Shown here: in pieces, positions 37,386-46,042 of the stretch
Layout of the letters: every line of letters begins with the position of its first letter
How positions within the stretch are numbered: position 1 is the stretch's first letter
Assembly: GCA_039028615.1 (NCBI GenBank)
Contig: JBCCHT010000042.1
Coordinates: 1 to 64,000 of the forward strand
Length of the DNA stretch: 64,000 bases
DNA from: Myxococcota bacterium
GTDB taxonomy: Bacteria > Myxococcota_A > Polyangia > Nannocystales > Nannocystaceae
Direction of reading: 5' to 3'
Position numbers and translations under genes: made by a program
Notes under the pieces: generated by a model
What the model was told of the DNA's origin: nothing
What the model saw: the letters and a program-made list of their open reading frames with translations, nothing else
Database searches by the model: none

Positions 37386-40300
37386 ATGGCGACTCCTTAC
37401 CCCCCCGGGCCCGCCCACGTACCGGCCGGGCTCGCCGATGCCCCGCCCCAATACCGCAATCGGGCCTACCTGGCCGTCGCTGCGCTCGCGCTGTTCGTGG
37501 CGCTGTACGTCGCGCTGACGGCGTGGTTTGCCTACAAGGGCTTCAGCCTGCTGAGCGACTCGTGGAGCGCCAGCGGCAGCAATCACGCGTTCTTGGGCAC
37601 CATCGTCGGGCTTCTGTGCGCGTTTTTGGCCGTGTTCCTGGGCAAGGCGCTGATCTTCATCCGTCGCGATCGGCCTGGAGGCCTCATCGAGCTGGGGGCC
37701 AACGAGACGGAGCTCCGCGAGTTCATCCGCCACGTCGCCGACGAAGCGGGGGCGCCCCGGCCTCATCGCATCTACCTTTCGGCCGAGGTCAACGCGGCGG
37801 TGTTCTACGACCTGTCGCTGCTGAATCTGCTGTGGCCGTCGCGCAAGAACCTGGTGATCGGGCTCGGCCTGGTCAACGTGCTCACGCGCAGCGAGTTCAA
37901 GGCGGTGCTGGGCCACGAGTTCGGCCACTTCGCCCAGCGCTCGATGGCGGTGGGTCGATGGATCTACACGGGCCAGAAAATCGCGGCGCACATCGTCAGC
38001 AAGCGCGACGTCCTCGACCGCATGCTCATCGGGCTGTCGCAGTTCGACATTCGGATCGCGTGGATCGGCTGGATCATGCGGATCATCGTGTGGTCGGTCC
38101 GCTCCACCATGGATCAGGTGTTCCGCGGGGTGGCCCTGGCCGAGCGCGCGCTGTCGCGGCAGATGGAGCTGCAGGCCGACCTGGTCGCGGTGACCATCAG
38201 CGGCAGTGATGCGCTGGTCCACGCGCTGCACAAGCTGCGCACGGCCGACGACGCGTGGGACCAGGCGCTGAGCATCTCGGCGCGGGAGCGCGCCAACGAG
38301 CGCATCGTGGCCGATCTGTTCGCGATGCAGGATCGGGTCCTGCACCACTATCGCGAGACGCTGGGCGACGTGGGGCAGGCCGAGCTTCCCCCGCTGCCCG
38401 CCGAGGGGCGGGAGCAGCATCGGGTGTTCCAGGCGAGCTTGGGCCAGCCGCCGCAGATGTGGTCGACGCACCCGCCCAGCCACATTCGCGAGCAGAACGT
38501 CAAGAAGGTCTATGTGCCGTGCGAGTTCGACGAGCGGCCGGCGTGGGGTCTGTTCGCCGATCCCGAGGCGCTGCGGGCTCAGCTCACCGAGCACGTGCTC
38601 GAGCCGGGGCCGCAGATGCTGCGGATGGACCTCGAGATGTCGGTCAGCAAGATCGACGACCACTACGATCATCGGTTCTTCGATCGCCGTTATCGCGGCC
38701 TGTACCTGGGTCGTCGAGTGACGCGGAGTCAGGCGCGCCCGCTCGATCTCGTCGGCGAGACGCCCACCGATCCGGCGGGAGCGATCGCAGCGCTCTACCC
38801 GGCGGAGTGGACGGCCGCGGTCACTCGCTGGCGCGATCTCGTGCGCGAGCACGCCCAGCTCGATGCGCTCGAGCGCGGGCTCCTCGAGGCCCCGGGCGGC
38901 ATCATTCAGTTTCGCGGTCAGGGGCTGCGACGCCGGGAGCTCCGACAGACGGTGGCCCAGGTCGCGAGCGAGCTCGAGACGGCGCGCACGCAGCTGGACG
39001 AGCACGATCGCAGCGTTCGCACGGCCCACCTGGCCGCGGCGCACGTGCTGGGCGAGGGCTGGCCCGAGTACCTGTGGAGCCTCATCCAGCTGCTGCACTA
39101 CGCCGAGCACGTCGAGGCCAACGTCGACGATGCCCACGCCACCCTGATGAACGTGGTCGAGGTGGTGCTGGCCGACGGGCGGGTCTCGTCGCGCGAGCGC
39201 ACGCGGGTCTTGGCCGCCTGCAACGACCTGCAATTCAGCCTCGAGCGTGTGTACGGGGCCCGCACCCAGGTCGAGGTGCCGCCGCGGGTGCTCCAGCGTC
39301 TGGGCGTGGGCAGCTGGTCCCAGGCTCTGCCCGACGAGTTCCATCTGGGTGCCCCCCACGACGAGAACCTCGGCGATTGGCTGGAGATCGAAGGCGGCTG
39401 GTTCTCCGTGATCAGCAACCCGCTGGGAGAGCTACGCCACGACACCCTCGAGACCCTGCTCGAGGCCGAGGCGCATATCGCCGACTGCTTCGCGAAGGGG
39501 CAGCATCCTGGGTCCGCGCCCGCGCCGGCCACGGTACCGCTGAACTACACCACGATGTGCCACGGGGGTGAGCGCGACAAGCAGCTGCGGCTCGACCTGT
39601 GGGACCGCTTCGTGCTCGCCGAGGGTTGGGGTCCGGGCCTCGCTCGCATGGCAGTGGCGGGATCCATCGTGGCCGCGGTGCTCTCGGTCAGCAGCGTCAC
39701 CGCGACGCCCACGGTGGTGGTCTACAATGGTCTCAGCCGGGCCATCGAGGTGAAGATCGGCGGCTCCGAGGAGACGATCGGCTCCAACCGCTCGGGCAAG
39801 ATGGAGTTCGAGCTCACCGAAGGTCTGGTGGTCGAGGCGTGGACCCAGCAGGGCGAGCTCATCGAGCGGTTCTCGCCCACGATCGAAAACGCGATGATCG
39901 ATCAGATCTACAACGTCGGCGGAGCGACACCGCTCATTGAGTGGATTGCGCTGTACGGGGCGGGGAACGAGCGCCCGCCGCAGCGGCTCGGGGCGCCCCG
40001 CTGGACCCGCAGCACGGCCGACGACCTGTTTCGCGATCCCCCGGAGGAGGTCAAGACCCGCGAAGGCATGACCGCGACCCGAAGGGTGCTGACTGCGCTG
40101 GACCTCGACGGGGAGAGCGGCCAACGAGAGTATGTCTCCGACGAAGAGTGGGCGGCGATGGTCGCGTTCCACGTGCGGTGGGAGCCGGGCGAAGTGCTCG
40201 TGCAGTGGGTCGACGCCGCGGACGATCCCTCCGCGCTGAGCGACGCGCTCACGACCCGCCTCGAGGGCGAAACCTTCGACGTCGAACTCGGTCGCCTGAT

Positions 40301-41204
40301 CCAGGACTACGGCGATCGCGAGCACGCCTGTGCGGTGCATACCGAGCGAGCCGCCGAGCGGCCCGACGACCCCGATACGGAGTATCTCGCGGTGCGATGC
40401 ATCGACGACGAGACGGCCCGGGATGTGGCGATGATGGTGGGGCACGAGCAGCACCCTCGCCATCCCTACTTCGCCAACGCTGCCGGGTCCGTGTTTGCGG
40501 GGCGTGGCGAGACTCAGTCCGCGCTGCAGGCCTACGAGGTGGCGATGCGAGGCCTTCGGGACACGCCGATGGCGTTCGGGATTGCGCTCGAGTCGGCCCG
40601 CCTGCGTCGCTGGGCCAGCGGCGTCGATGCCGACGTCACCGATCTCGGGGCGTACTCCGAGCGGTTCGGGTCGCTCATGGCCGCGCAAAACACCGACGAA
40701 GGCCAGGCCTACGTCAACCTGACGCAAGGGGACCTCACGGTCGCCGAGGCCCCGCACCGCCCCGATGTCGAGCGGCTCATTCGTCTCGTGGGTGCATCCG
40801 ATGGCGCCAGCGCGGAGCAAGTCCAGCGGGCCCTCGAGCTGCCCTTCAACGACGATCTCGATGTGGCCGTCGTGCTCCTTTCGATCGCGCTGGCGAATCG
40901 CGAAGGCACGGACGCCTCGGCCTTCGAGGAGCTGGCGTACACCAGACTCGAAGAGCAGGCCGAGGACTTGCTCGCGTTCACCCGTCGCGAGGCCATCGCC
41001 GGTCCCGAGCACGGAGCCGGGTACCTGGAGGGAATGTCGGCCATCAGCCGCGGCTATGCCCTCGCGGCCGGGCTGGTGACGCTGGGCGACGAGGCTCCTC
41101 CGCACTGGCGCACCGACGTCGAACGCCTGTTGCTGTCGTTCGAGCGACCGTACTTCGCCACGGCGGCGGCCAAGAGCCTGGCCGAGGTGGTCGAGGCCGG
41201 CTGA
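37386..41204 (+). CDS. Large membrane M48 family metalloprotease with extended C-terminal (TPR-like) region
   Basis: TM helices, VNAAV, GLGL, HEFGH, MELQAD and STHPP, followed by ~900 extra residues. Confidence 0.88.
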   Translation: MATPYPPGPAHVPAGLADAPPQYRNRAYLAVAALALFVALYVALTAWFAYKGFSLLSDSWSASGSNHAFLGTIVGLLCAFLAVFLGKALIFIRRDRPGGLIELGANETELREFIRHVADEAGAPRPHRIYLSAEVNAAVFYDLSLLNLLWPSRKNLVIGLGLVNVLTRSEFKAVLGHEFGHFAQRSMAVGRWIYTGQKIAAHIVSKRDVLDRMLIGLSQFDIRIAWIGWIMRIIVWSVRSTMDQVFRGVALAERALSRQMELQADLVAVTISGSDALVHALHKLRTADDAWDQALSISARERANERIVADLFAMQDRVLHHYRETLGDVGQAELPPLPAEGREQHRVFQASLGQPPQMWSTHPPSHIREQNVKKVYVPCEFDERPAWGLFADPEALRAQLTEHVLEPGPQMLRMDLEMSVSKIDDHYDHRFFDRRYRGLYLGRRVTRSQARPLDLVGETPTDPAGAIAALYPAEWTAAVTRWRDLVREHAQLDALERGLLEAPGGIIQFRGQGLRRRELRQTVAQVASELETARTQLDEHDRSVRTAHLAAAHVLGEGWPEYLWSLIQLLHYAEHVEANVDDAHATLMNVVEVVLADGRVSSRERTRVLAACNDLQFSLERVYGARTQVEVPPRVLQRLGVGSWSQALPDEFHLGAPHDENLGDWLEIEGGWFSVISNPLGELRHDTLETLLEAEAHIADCFAKGQHPGSAPAPATVPLNYTTMCHGGERDKQLRLDLWDRFVLAEGWGPGLARMAVAGSIVAAVLSVSSVTATPTVVVYNGLSRAIEVKIGGSEETIGSNRSGKMEFELTEGLVVEAWTQQGELIERFSPTIENAMIDQIYNVGGATPLIEWIALYGAGNERPPQRLGAPRWTRSTADDLFRDPPEEVKTREGMTATRRVLTALDLDGESGQREYVSDEEWAAMVAFHVRWEPGEVLVQWVDAADDPSALSDALTTRLEGETFDVELGRLIQDYGDREHACAVHTERAAERPDDPDTEYLAVRCIDDETARDVAMMVGHEQHPRHPYFANAAGSVFAGRGETQSALQAYEVAMRGLRDTPMAFGIALESARLRRWASGVDADVTDLGAYSERFGSLMAAQNTDEGQAYVNLTQGDLTVAEAPHRPDVERLIRLVGASDGASAEQVQRALELPFNDDLDVAVVLLSIALANREGTDASAFEELAYTRLEEQAEDLLAFTRREAIAGPEHGAGYLEGMSAISRGYALAAGLVTLGDEAPPHWRTDVERLLLSFERPYFATAAAKSLAEVVEAG

Positions 41205-41377
41205 AGTCGAGGCGATGAGCGGACGGCCGAGGCGGTGAGCTGAAGTTCGAGGCACGGCGCCCGGCGGCGTCCGGCCAGTGGGGCGCCGCCACCGGCTGAA
41301 TCTCGGGCCCCAATTGCGACGACCCGGGCGGCATAGGCCGGCCCGGGTCGACTCGTGTTCGCGGTCTGATCGGCCGC

Positions 41378-44300
41378 TTACTCAGCCTTCGCGACGGTCA
41401 CCGCCAGGGTCTCGCCGTCGATCTCGAAGCTCTGCTCGCTGCTGCCCTGGTCGGTCACGTCCATCGCAGTGGCGAGCGTCTCTCCCTGGATCATCGCGGC
41501 GAGGCCCTCTTGGCCCGCGGCGGCGGCCAGCTCGCCCGAACAGTGCAGGGTCAGCGAGATGCGGTCGCTGACCTCGAGCCCGGAGGCCTTCCGTACGTTC
41601 TGCACGCGGTTGATGATCTCCCGCGCCAGGCCTTCGTGACGCAGGGCGTCGCTGACGGTGGTGTCGAGCACGACGGTGATGCCCTCGGCCGCCTCGGCGG
41701 CTTGCTCCCCGGTGGCCTCGCGCACGATGAGGATGTCGCCCTCGCCGAGGGTCTCGCCCTCGAGCTCGATGGACCCGGTGCTGACGTACTGGCCGATGGC
41801 GGCGGCGTCGAGCTTGGCGACGGCCCCGGCGACGACCTTCATCCTCTTGCCCAGGCGCCTGCCCAGGGCCTTGAAGTTGGCCTTGGCGGAGAGGCTGACG
41901 AGGCCGCCGTCGTCTTCCTGGACGCGCAGCTCCTTGACGTTGAGCTCGGCGAGCAGGTCGTCGCGCCCGGCCTCGACGGCGGCTCGTACGGCGGCGTCGG
42001 GGCTGGCGACGGTCATGACGGCCAGGGGTCGGCGCACGGCGAGGCGCTCGCGCTCGCGGATGGCCATGCCGAGGTTGGCGACCTGGCGAACGGCGGCGAC
42101 GTCGGCCTCGAGCGTCTCGTCGCGCCGCGAGGCCTCGACCTCGGGGTAAGGCCGCAGGTGCACGCTGTCCTCGCCCTCACCGGCCAGGCCGGTGTCGACC
42201 CACAGGCGCTGGTACATCCACTCGGAGAAGAAGGGGATGACGGGCGCGATGGCGTGGGTGACGGTGGACAGGACCTGGAAGAGGGTGGCGTAGGCGTCGG
42301 TCTTGTCGCGATCGTCCTCGCCCTGGCCTCGCCAGTATCGCCGACGGCCGCGGCGGATGTACCAGTTGTTGAGGTCGTCGCAGATGCGATGGAAGGCGGG
42401 CACGAGGTTCGACAGCGCGTAGGCGTCGAGCTCGGCTCGCATCTGGCCCACGAAATCCTGTACGCGGCTGAGGATCCAGCGGTCGAGGCTGGCCTGCGGC
42501 GCATGGGTGAGGGTCTCGCGGGTGGGGGTCCAGCCGTCGGCCTGGGCGTAGGTGGCCAGGAAGTTGTAGGCGTTCCACAGCGGCAAGACGATCTTGCGCA
42601 CGGTGTCGCGAACGCCCCGCTCGGCGAAGCGCATGGGCTCGGCCCGCACGGCGGCGCTGTTGATGAGGTAGGCCCGCAGGGCGTCGGCCCCGTGCTGGCT
42701 GATGATCTCCGTGGGATCGGGGTAGTTCTTCAGCCGCTTGGACATCTTCTTGCCGTCTTCGGCGAGCACCAAGCCGTTGACGATGACGTGCTTGAACGCG
42801 GGCCGATCGAACAGCGCGGTGGCGAGCACGTGCAGCGTGTAGAACCAGCCGCGGGTCTGATCGAGACCCTCGGCGATGAAGTCGGCGGGGAGGTTGTCCT
42901 CGACGTACTGCTTGCGCCCCTCGTCGAAGGGATAGTGGTTTTGCGAGTAGGGCATGCTGCCCGACTCGAACCAGCAGTCGAAGACCTCGTTGACCCGACG
43001 CATGGTGCCGCCGGGGGTCTTTTTCGAGGGGAAGGTGATGGGGTCGATGTTCTCGCGGTGCAGGTCGGTGATGGACCCCGCGTCGAGACCGGCGAGCTGC
43101 TCGAGCTCGGCGATGGAGCCTACGCAGACGGTGTCGGAGGGGTCCTCGTCGCAGCGCCAGATGGGCAGCGGCGTGCCCCAGAAGCGGTTGCGGGCGAGGT
43201 TCCAGTCGCGAGCCGAGGCCAGCCAGTTGCCGAAGCGCCCCGAGCCGACGTGGTCGGGCACCCAGTGGATCTTCTCGTTGTGGGCGACGAGCTTGTCGCG
43301 GATGCGCTCGACCTTCATGAACCAGGTCGACAGCGCCATGTACAAGAGCGGCTTGTCGGTGCGGTAGCAGTGCGGATAGGGGTGGACGATCTGGTCGTGG
43401 TCGACGACCTTCCCCTCCTTCTTGAGCCGCGCGACGATGGGCTTGTCGGCATCCTTGGCGAAGAGGCCCGCGAACTCGCCCACGCTGTCGTCGAAGACGC
43501 CGGACAGGCCCATGGGGCGCGCCATGGGCAGGCCCTCGCGCTTGCCGACCTCATAGTCGTCTTCACCGAAGGCGGGGGCCTGGTGGACGATGCCCGTCCC
43601 GCTGTCGACGGTGACGTAGTCGGCTTGCACCACCCGAAAGGCGGCACGGCGGCCGTCGATCGGCTCGGCGTGCTGCGCAAAGAAGGGCAGCAGCGGGGTG
43701 TAGGGACGGCCGACGAGATCGCGGCCGGGCATGCGGGCGAGCTCTTCGGTCTCGCCGATGCGACCGCGGCCCTGGTAGTCGGCGAGGCGGCCCGGCTCCA
43801 GGTAGGCGATCTCTCCGGTCTCGACGACCTTGACCTTGACGTAGGTGACGTCGGGGTGGACGGCCAGCGCGAGGTTGCTGGGCAGGGTCCAGGGGGTGGT
43901 GGTCCAGGCCCAGAGGTAGGCGCCCTCTTCGTCCTCGAGGGCGAAGCGGATGGTGAGGCTCGGGTCGGAGACCCGCTTGTGGCCTTCCTTGCGGGTGACG
44001 GGATCCTTCTCTTGAGGGCCCTGTGCGACCTCGAAATTGGACAGAGGCGTGCCTAGCGCGGGCGAGACGGGCTGAACCCGGAAACCCTCGTAGATCGAAT
44101 CATCATCCCAAAGCCGCCGAAACACCCACCAGACCGTCTCCATGAAGGAGGCGTCCATGGTCTTGTAGTCGTTGTCGAAGTCCACCCACCGACCGGTGCG
44201 GCGGACCATGGTCTCCCACTCCTTTGTGAAGCGGAGCACACCGGCTCGGCACGCGGCGTTGAAGCGGTCGATCCCGTACTCCTCGATCTCCGCCTGGCCG

Positions 44301-44635
44301 TGCACGCCGAGGTCGTTTTCCACCAGGCTCTCGATGGGCAGGCCATGGCAATCCCAGCCAAAGCGACGTTCGACTGCGAAACCGCACATCGACTGGTAGC
44401 GGGGGACGATGTCCTTGATCGTGCCGGGCAGCAGGTGGCCGTAGTGGGGCAAGCCAGTGGCGAATGGCGGCCCATCATTGAACGCAAACGCGGGTTCTTT
44501 GCTCTGCCCTAGCGCCGCCGCGGCGCCCCGCCGTAAGGAGCGGCCTTCGACATCGTTGTCTGCCCAGAGCCGCAAAATGCCCTCTTCGAGGCGGGGGAGG
44601 TCGAATTGTGCGGGTGGCGCATTGAGAGTGGCCAT
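41378..44635 (-). CDS. ileS: Isoleucine--tRNA ligase, type 2 (eukaryote/archaea-like)
   Basis: Motifs DGPPFATGLPHYGH, GWDCHGLP, WTTTPWTLPSN, GTGIVH, AEGLDQTRGWFY and KMSKRLKNYPDP. C-terminal EGLAREIINRVQ domain with no zinc finger. Confidence 0.97.
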   Translation of the reverse strand: MATLNAPPAQFDLPRLEEGILRLWADNDVEGRSLRRGAAAALGQSKEPAFAFNDGPPFATGLPHYGHLLPGTIKDIVPRYQSMCGFAVERRFGWDCHGLPIESLVENDLGVHGQAEIEEYGIDRFNAACRAGVLRFTKEWETMVRRTGRWVDFDNDYKTMDASFMETVWWVFRRLWDDDSIYEGFRVQPVSPALGTPLSNFEVAQGPQEKDPVTRKEGHKRVSDPSLTIRFALEDEEGAYLWAWTTTPWTLPSNLALAVHPDVTYVKVKVVETGEIAYLEPGRLADYQGRGRIGETEELARMPGRDLVGRPYTPLLPFFAQHAEPIDGRRAAFRVVQADYVTVDSGTGIVHQAPAFGEDDYEVGKREGLPMARPMGLSGVFDDSVGEFAGLFAKDADKPIVARLKKEGKVVDHDQIVHPYPHCYRTDKPLLYMALSTWFMKVERIRDKLVAHNEKIHWVPDHVGSGRFGNWLASARDWNLARNRFWGTPLPIWRCDEDPSDTVCVGSIAELEQLAGLDAGSITDLHRENIDPITFPSKKTPGGTMRRVNEVFDCWFESGSMPYSQNHYPFDEGRKQYVEDNLPADFIAEGLDQTRGWFYTLHVLATALFDRPAFKHVIVNGLVLAEDGKKMSKRLKNYPDPTEIISQHGADALRAYLINSAAVRAEPMRFAERGVRDTVRKIVLPLWNAYNFLATYAQADGWTPTRETLTHAPQASLDRWILSRVQDFVGQMRAELDAYALSNLVPAFHRICDDLNNWYIRRGRRRYWRGQGEDDRDKTDAYATLFQVLSTVTHAIAPVIPFFSEWMYQRLWVDTGLAGEGEDSVHLRPYPEVEASRRDETLEADVAAVRQVANLGMAIRERERLAVRRPLAVMTVASPDAAVRAAVEAGRDDLLAELNVKELRVQEDDGGLVSLSAKANFKALGRRLGKRMKVVAGAVAKLDAAAIGQYVSTGSIELEGETLGEGDILIVREATGEQAAEAAEGITVVLDTTVSDALRHEGLAREIINRVQNVRKASGLEVSDRISLTLHCSGELAAAAGQEGLAAMIQGETLATAMDVTDQGSSEQSFEIDGETLAVTVAKAE

Positions 44636-44773
44636 GGCGTCTGTTTCCAGGTGCTTGCATGTCGCGCCTAGAGCCCGGGGTCAACCCCCTCGCACGATGC
44701 CGGTCCATCCCCCGAGGTTTGCCCGAGACGGGCGCCCAGGGGTATGCTGCCGCCGCTTGGACCCGGAGTACCG

Positions 44774-45964
44774 ATGAAGCGCGCCTACCGAAATCTCACC
44801 TCTGCCGCATTCGTCCTGGCGATGACGACCATCGCGACCGGCTGCCCCGGTGGAACCGACAACGGTTTGAACGATCGCGCGCCCTTCCGCGACTCATGGG
44901 CCGTGGTGGCCGATCTCGCGTTCGTGCACACCGGCCCCGAGGGCGTGGAAATCGGCAGCGTCAACGTCGGTGGCCGCCTGACCAACGACAACTTCGCCAA
45001 CCGCGGCGACGTCATCGTCAACTTCGACGGGCCTGCCGACCGCATCCTCGTCGAGATGCGTCGCTTCACGCAGACCACCGACTCGTCCGCCGCTCAGGTC
45101 GACTTCGACAACCTGTCGCTGTGGGCGTTCAACTCCTCGCTGGGTCGCCCGCAGGACCAAGCGGTCGAGGACGACTGCGTGGCCAGCGGCTGGCAAGGCG
45201 GCTGCGAAATCCGCGTGTACTACGACGGGCAGAGCCAGCTGCAGCGCGCGGGCGCCGACATTCGCGTCACCCTGCCGCCCGACTACCGCTACGAGCTCAA
45301 CGTCGAGACCGAGGACAACGTCGCGGACGACGACTACTTCAACCGCGGTGACATCTGCGTCAGCAACCTGAACGGTACGGCCAACATCACCGCACAGAGC
45401 GGCAACGTCTGGGTCAACCTCGCCGCCGAGACCACCCCGACGCCGACCTGCACGGCCGACGACATCGCGCGATGCGAGGGCTGGACCAACGACGACGGCA
45501 CGGGCACCGAGGTCCCCGCCCCGTGGGATCCGCAGTGCGGCTGCATCAACCACGGCGCCCTGGACATCAACAACCGCGACGCCGCGGCCTCGAACATCAC
45601 CGTCGACCTGCCCTCGAGTCTGTGGACCTCGATTCGCGCCGAGAACACCGGCGAGGGCCAGATGTCCGCGGGTGAGCACTGCGAGGCCAACGTCGACGTC
45701 TCCAACAGCGAAGAGGACCCCACGGGCAACGACTTCCCGTGGCAGGCCTCCTACGCGGCCAACTACCCGGGCATGCCCGCGGTGGCTGGTGCCGGCTACT
45801 TCGTGAAGCTCGAGTCCAGCGAGTGCTCGCCGGTCGCGTTCACCCAGGGCCCCGACGACTTCGTGGGCGTGGGCAACGGCGACGACCAAGAGTCCTCCGA
45901 GCGCGGCAACATCACCGTCTGCAACGGCTGCATCACCCAGACCTGCGCGGACCTGGTCCCGTAA
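44774..45964 (+). CDS. Hypothetical Cys-containing, beta-rich lipoprotein
   Basis: Lipobox ATGC, strongly C-ending codon usage, followed by a strong terminator. Confidence 0.75.
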   Translation: MKRAYRNLTSAAFVLAMTTIATGCPGGTDNGLNDRAPFRDSWAVVADLAFVHTGPEGVEIGSVNVGGRLTNDNFANRGDVIVNFDGPADRILVEMRRFTQTTDSSAAQVDFDNLSLWAFNSSLGRPQDQAVEDDCVASGWQGGCEIRVYYDGQSQLQRAGADIRVTLPPDYRYELNVETEDNVADDDYFNRGDICVSNLNGTANITAQSGNVWVNLAAETTPTPTCTADDIARCEGWTNDDGTGTEVPAPWDPQCGCINHGALDINNRDAAASNITVDLPSSLWTSIRAENTGEGQMSAGEHCEANVDVSNSEEDPTGNDFPWQASYAANYPGMPAVAGAGYFVKLESSECSPVAFTQGPDDFVGVGNGDDQESSERGNITVCNGCITQTCADLVP

Positions 45965-45983
45965 CCTGCGGGCAGCGTTCGAC

Positions 45984-46019
45984 GAAAAAGGGAGGCTCAG
46001 TGAGCCTCCCTTTTTCTTT
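45984..46019. terminator. Bidirectional intrinsic terminator
   Basis: GAAAAAGGGAGGCTCA-G-TGAGCCTCCCTTTTTC is a perfect inverted repeat with A and T tracts, between convergent genes. Confidence 0.92.
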
Positions 46020-46042
46020 GGTTGTGCGCCTTCGTGTGCGCG

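Noticed and set aside
41510..44056. Long antisense ORFs (also 46178..49009, 37344..39359, 39432..41255, 24462..25493, 55179..57362)
   Set aside because: These are shadow frames opposite well-supported genes, expected in high-GC DNA, and show no recognisable motifs.
44636..44773. T-box riboswitch upstream of ileS
   Set aside because: The gap is only 138 bp, is shared with a divergent gene, and has no T-box consensus or terminator.
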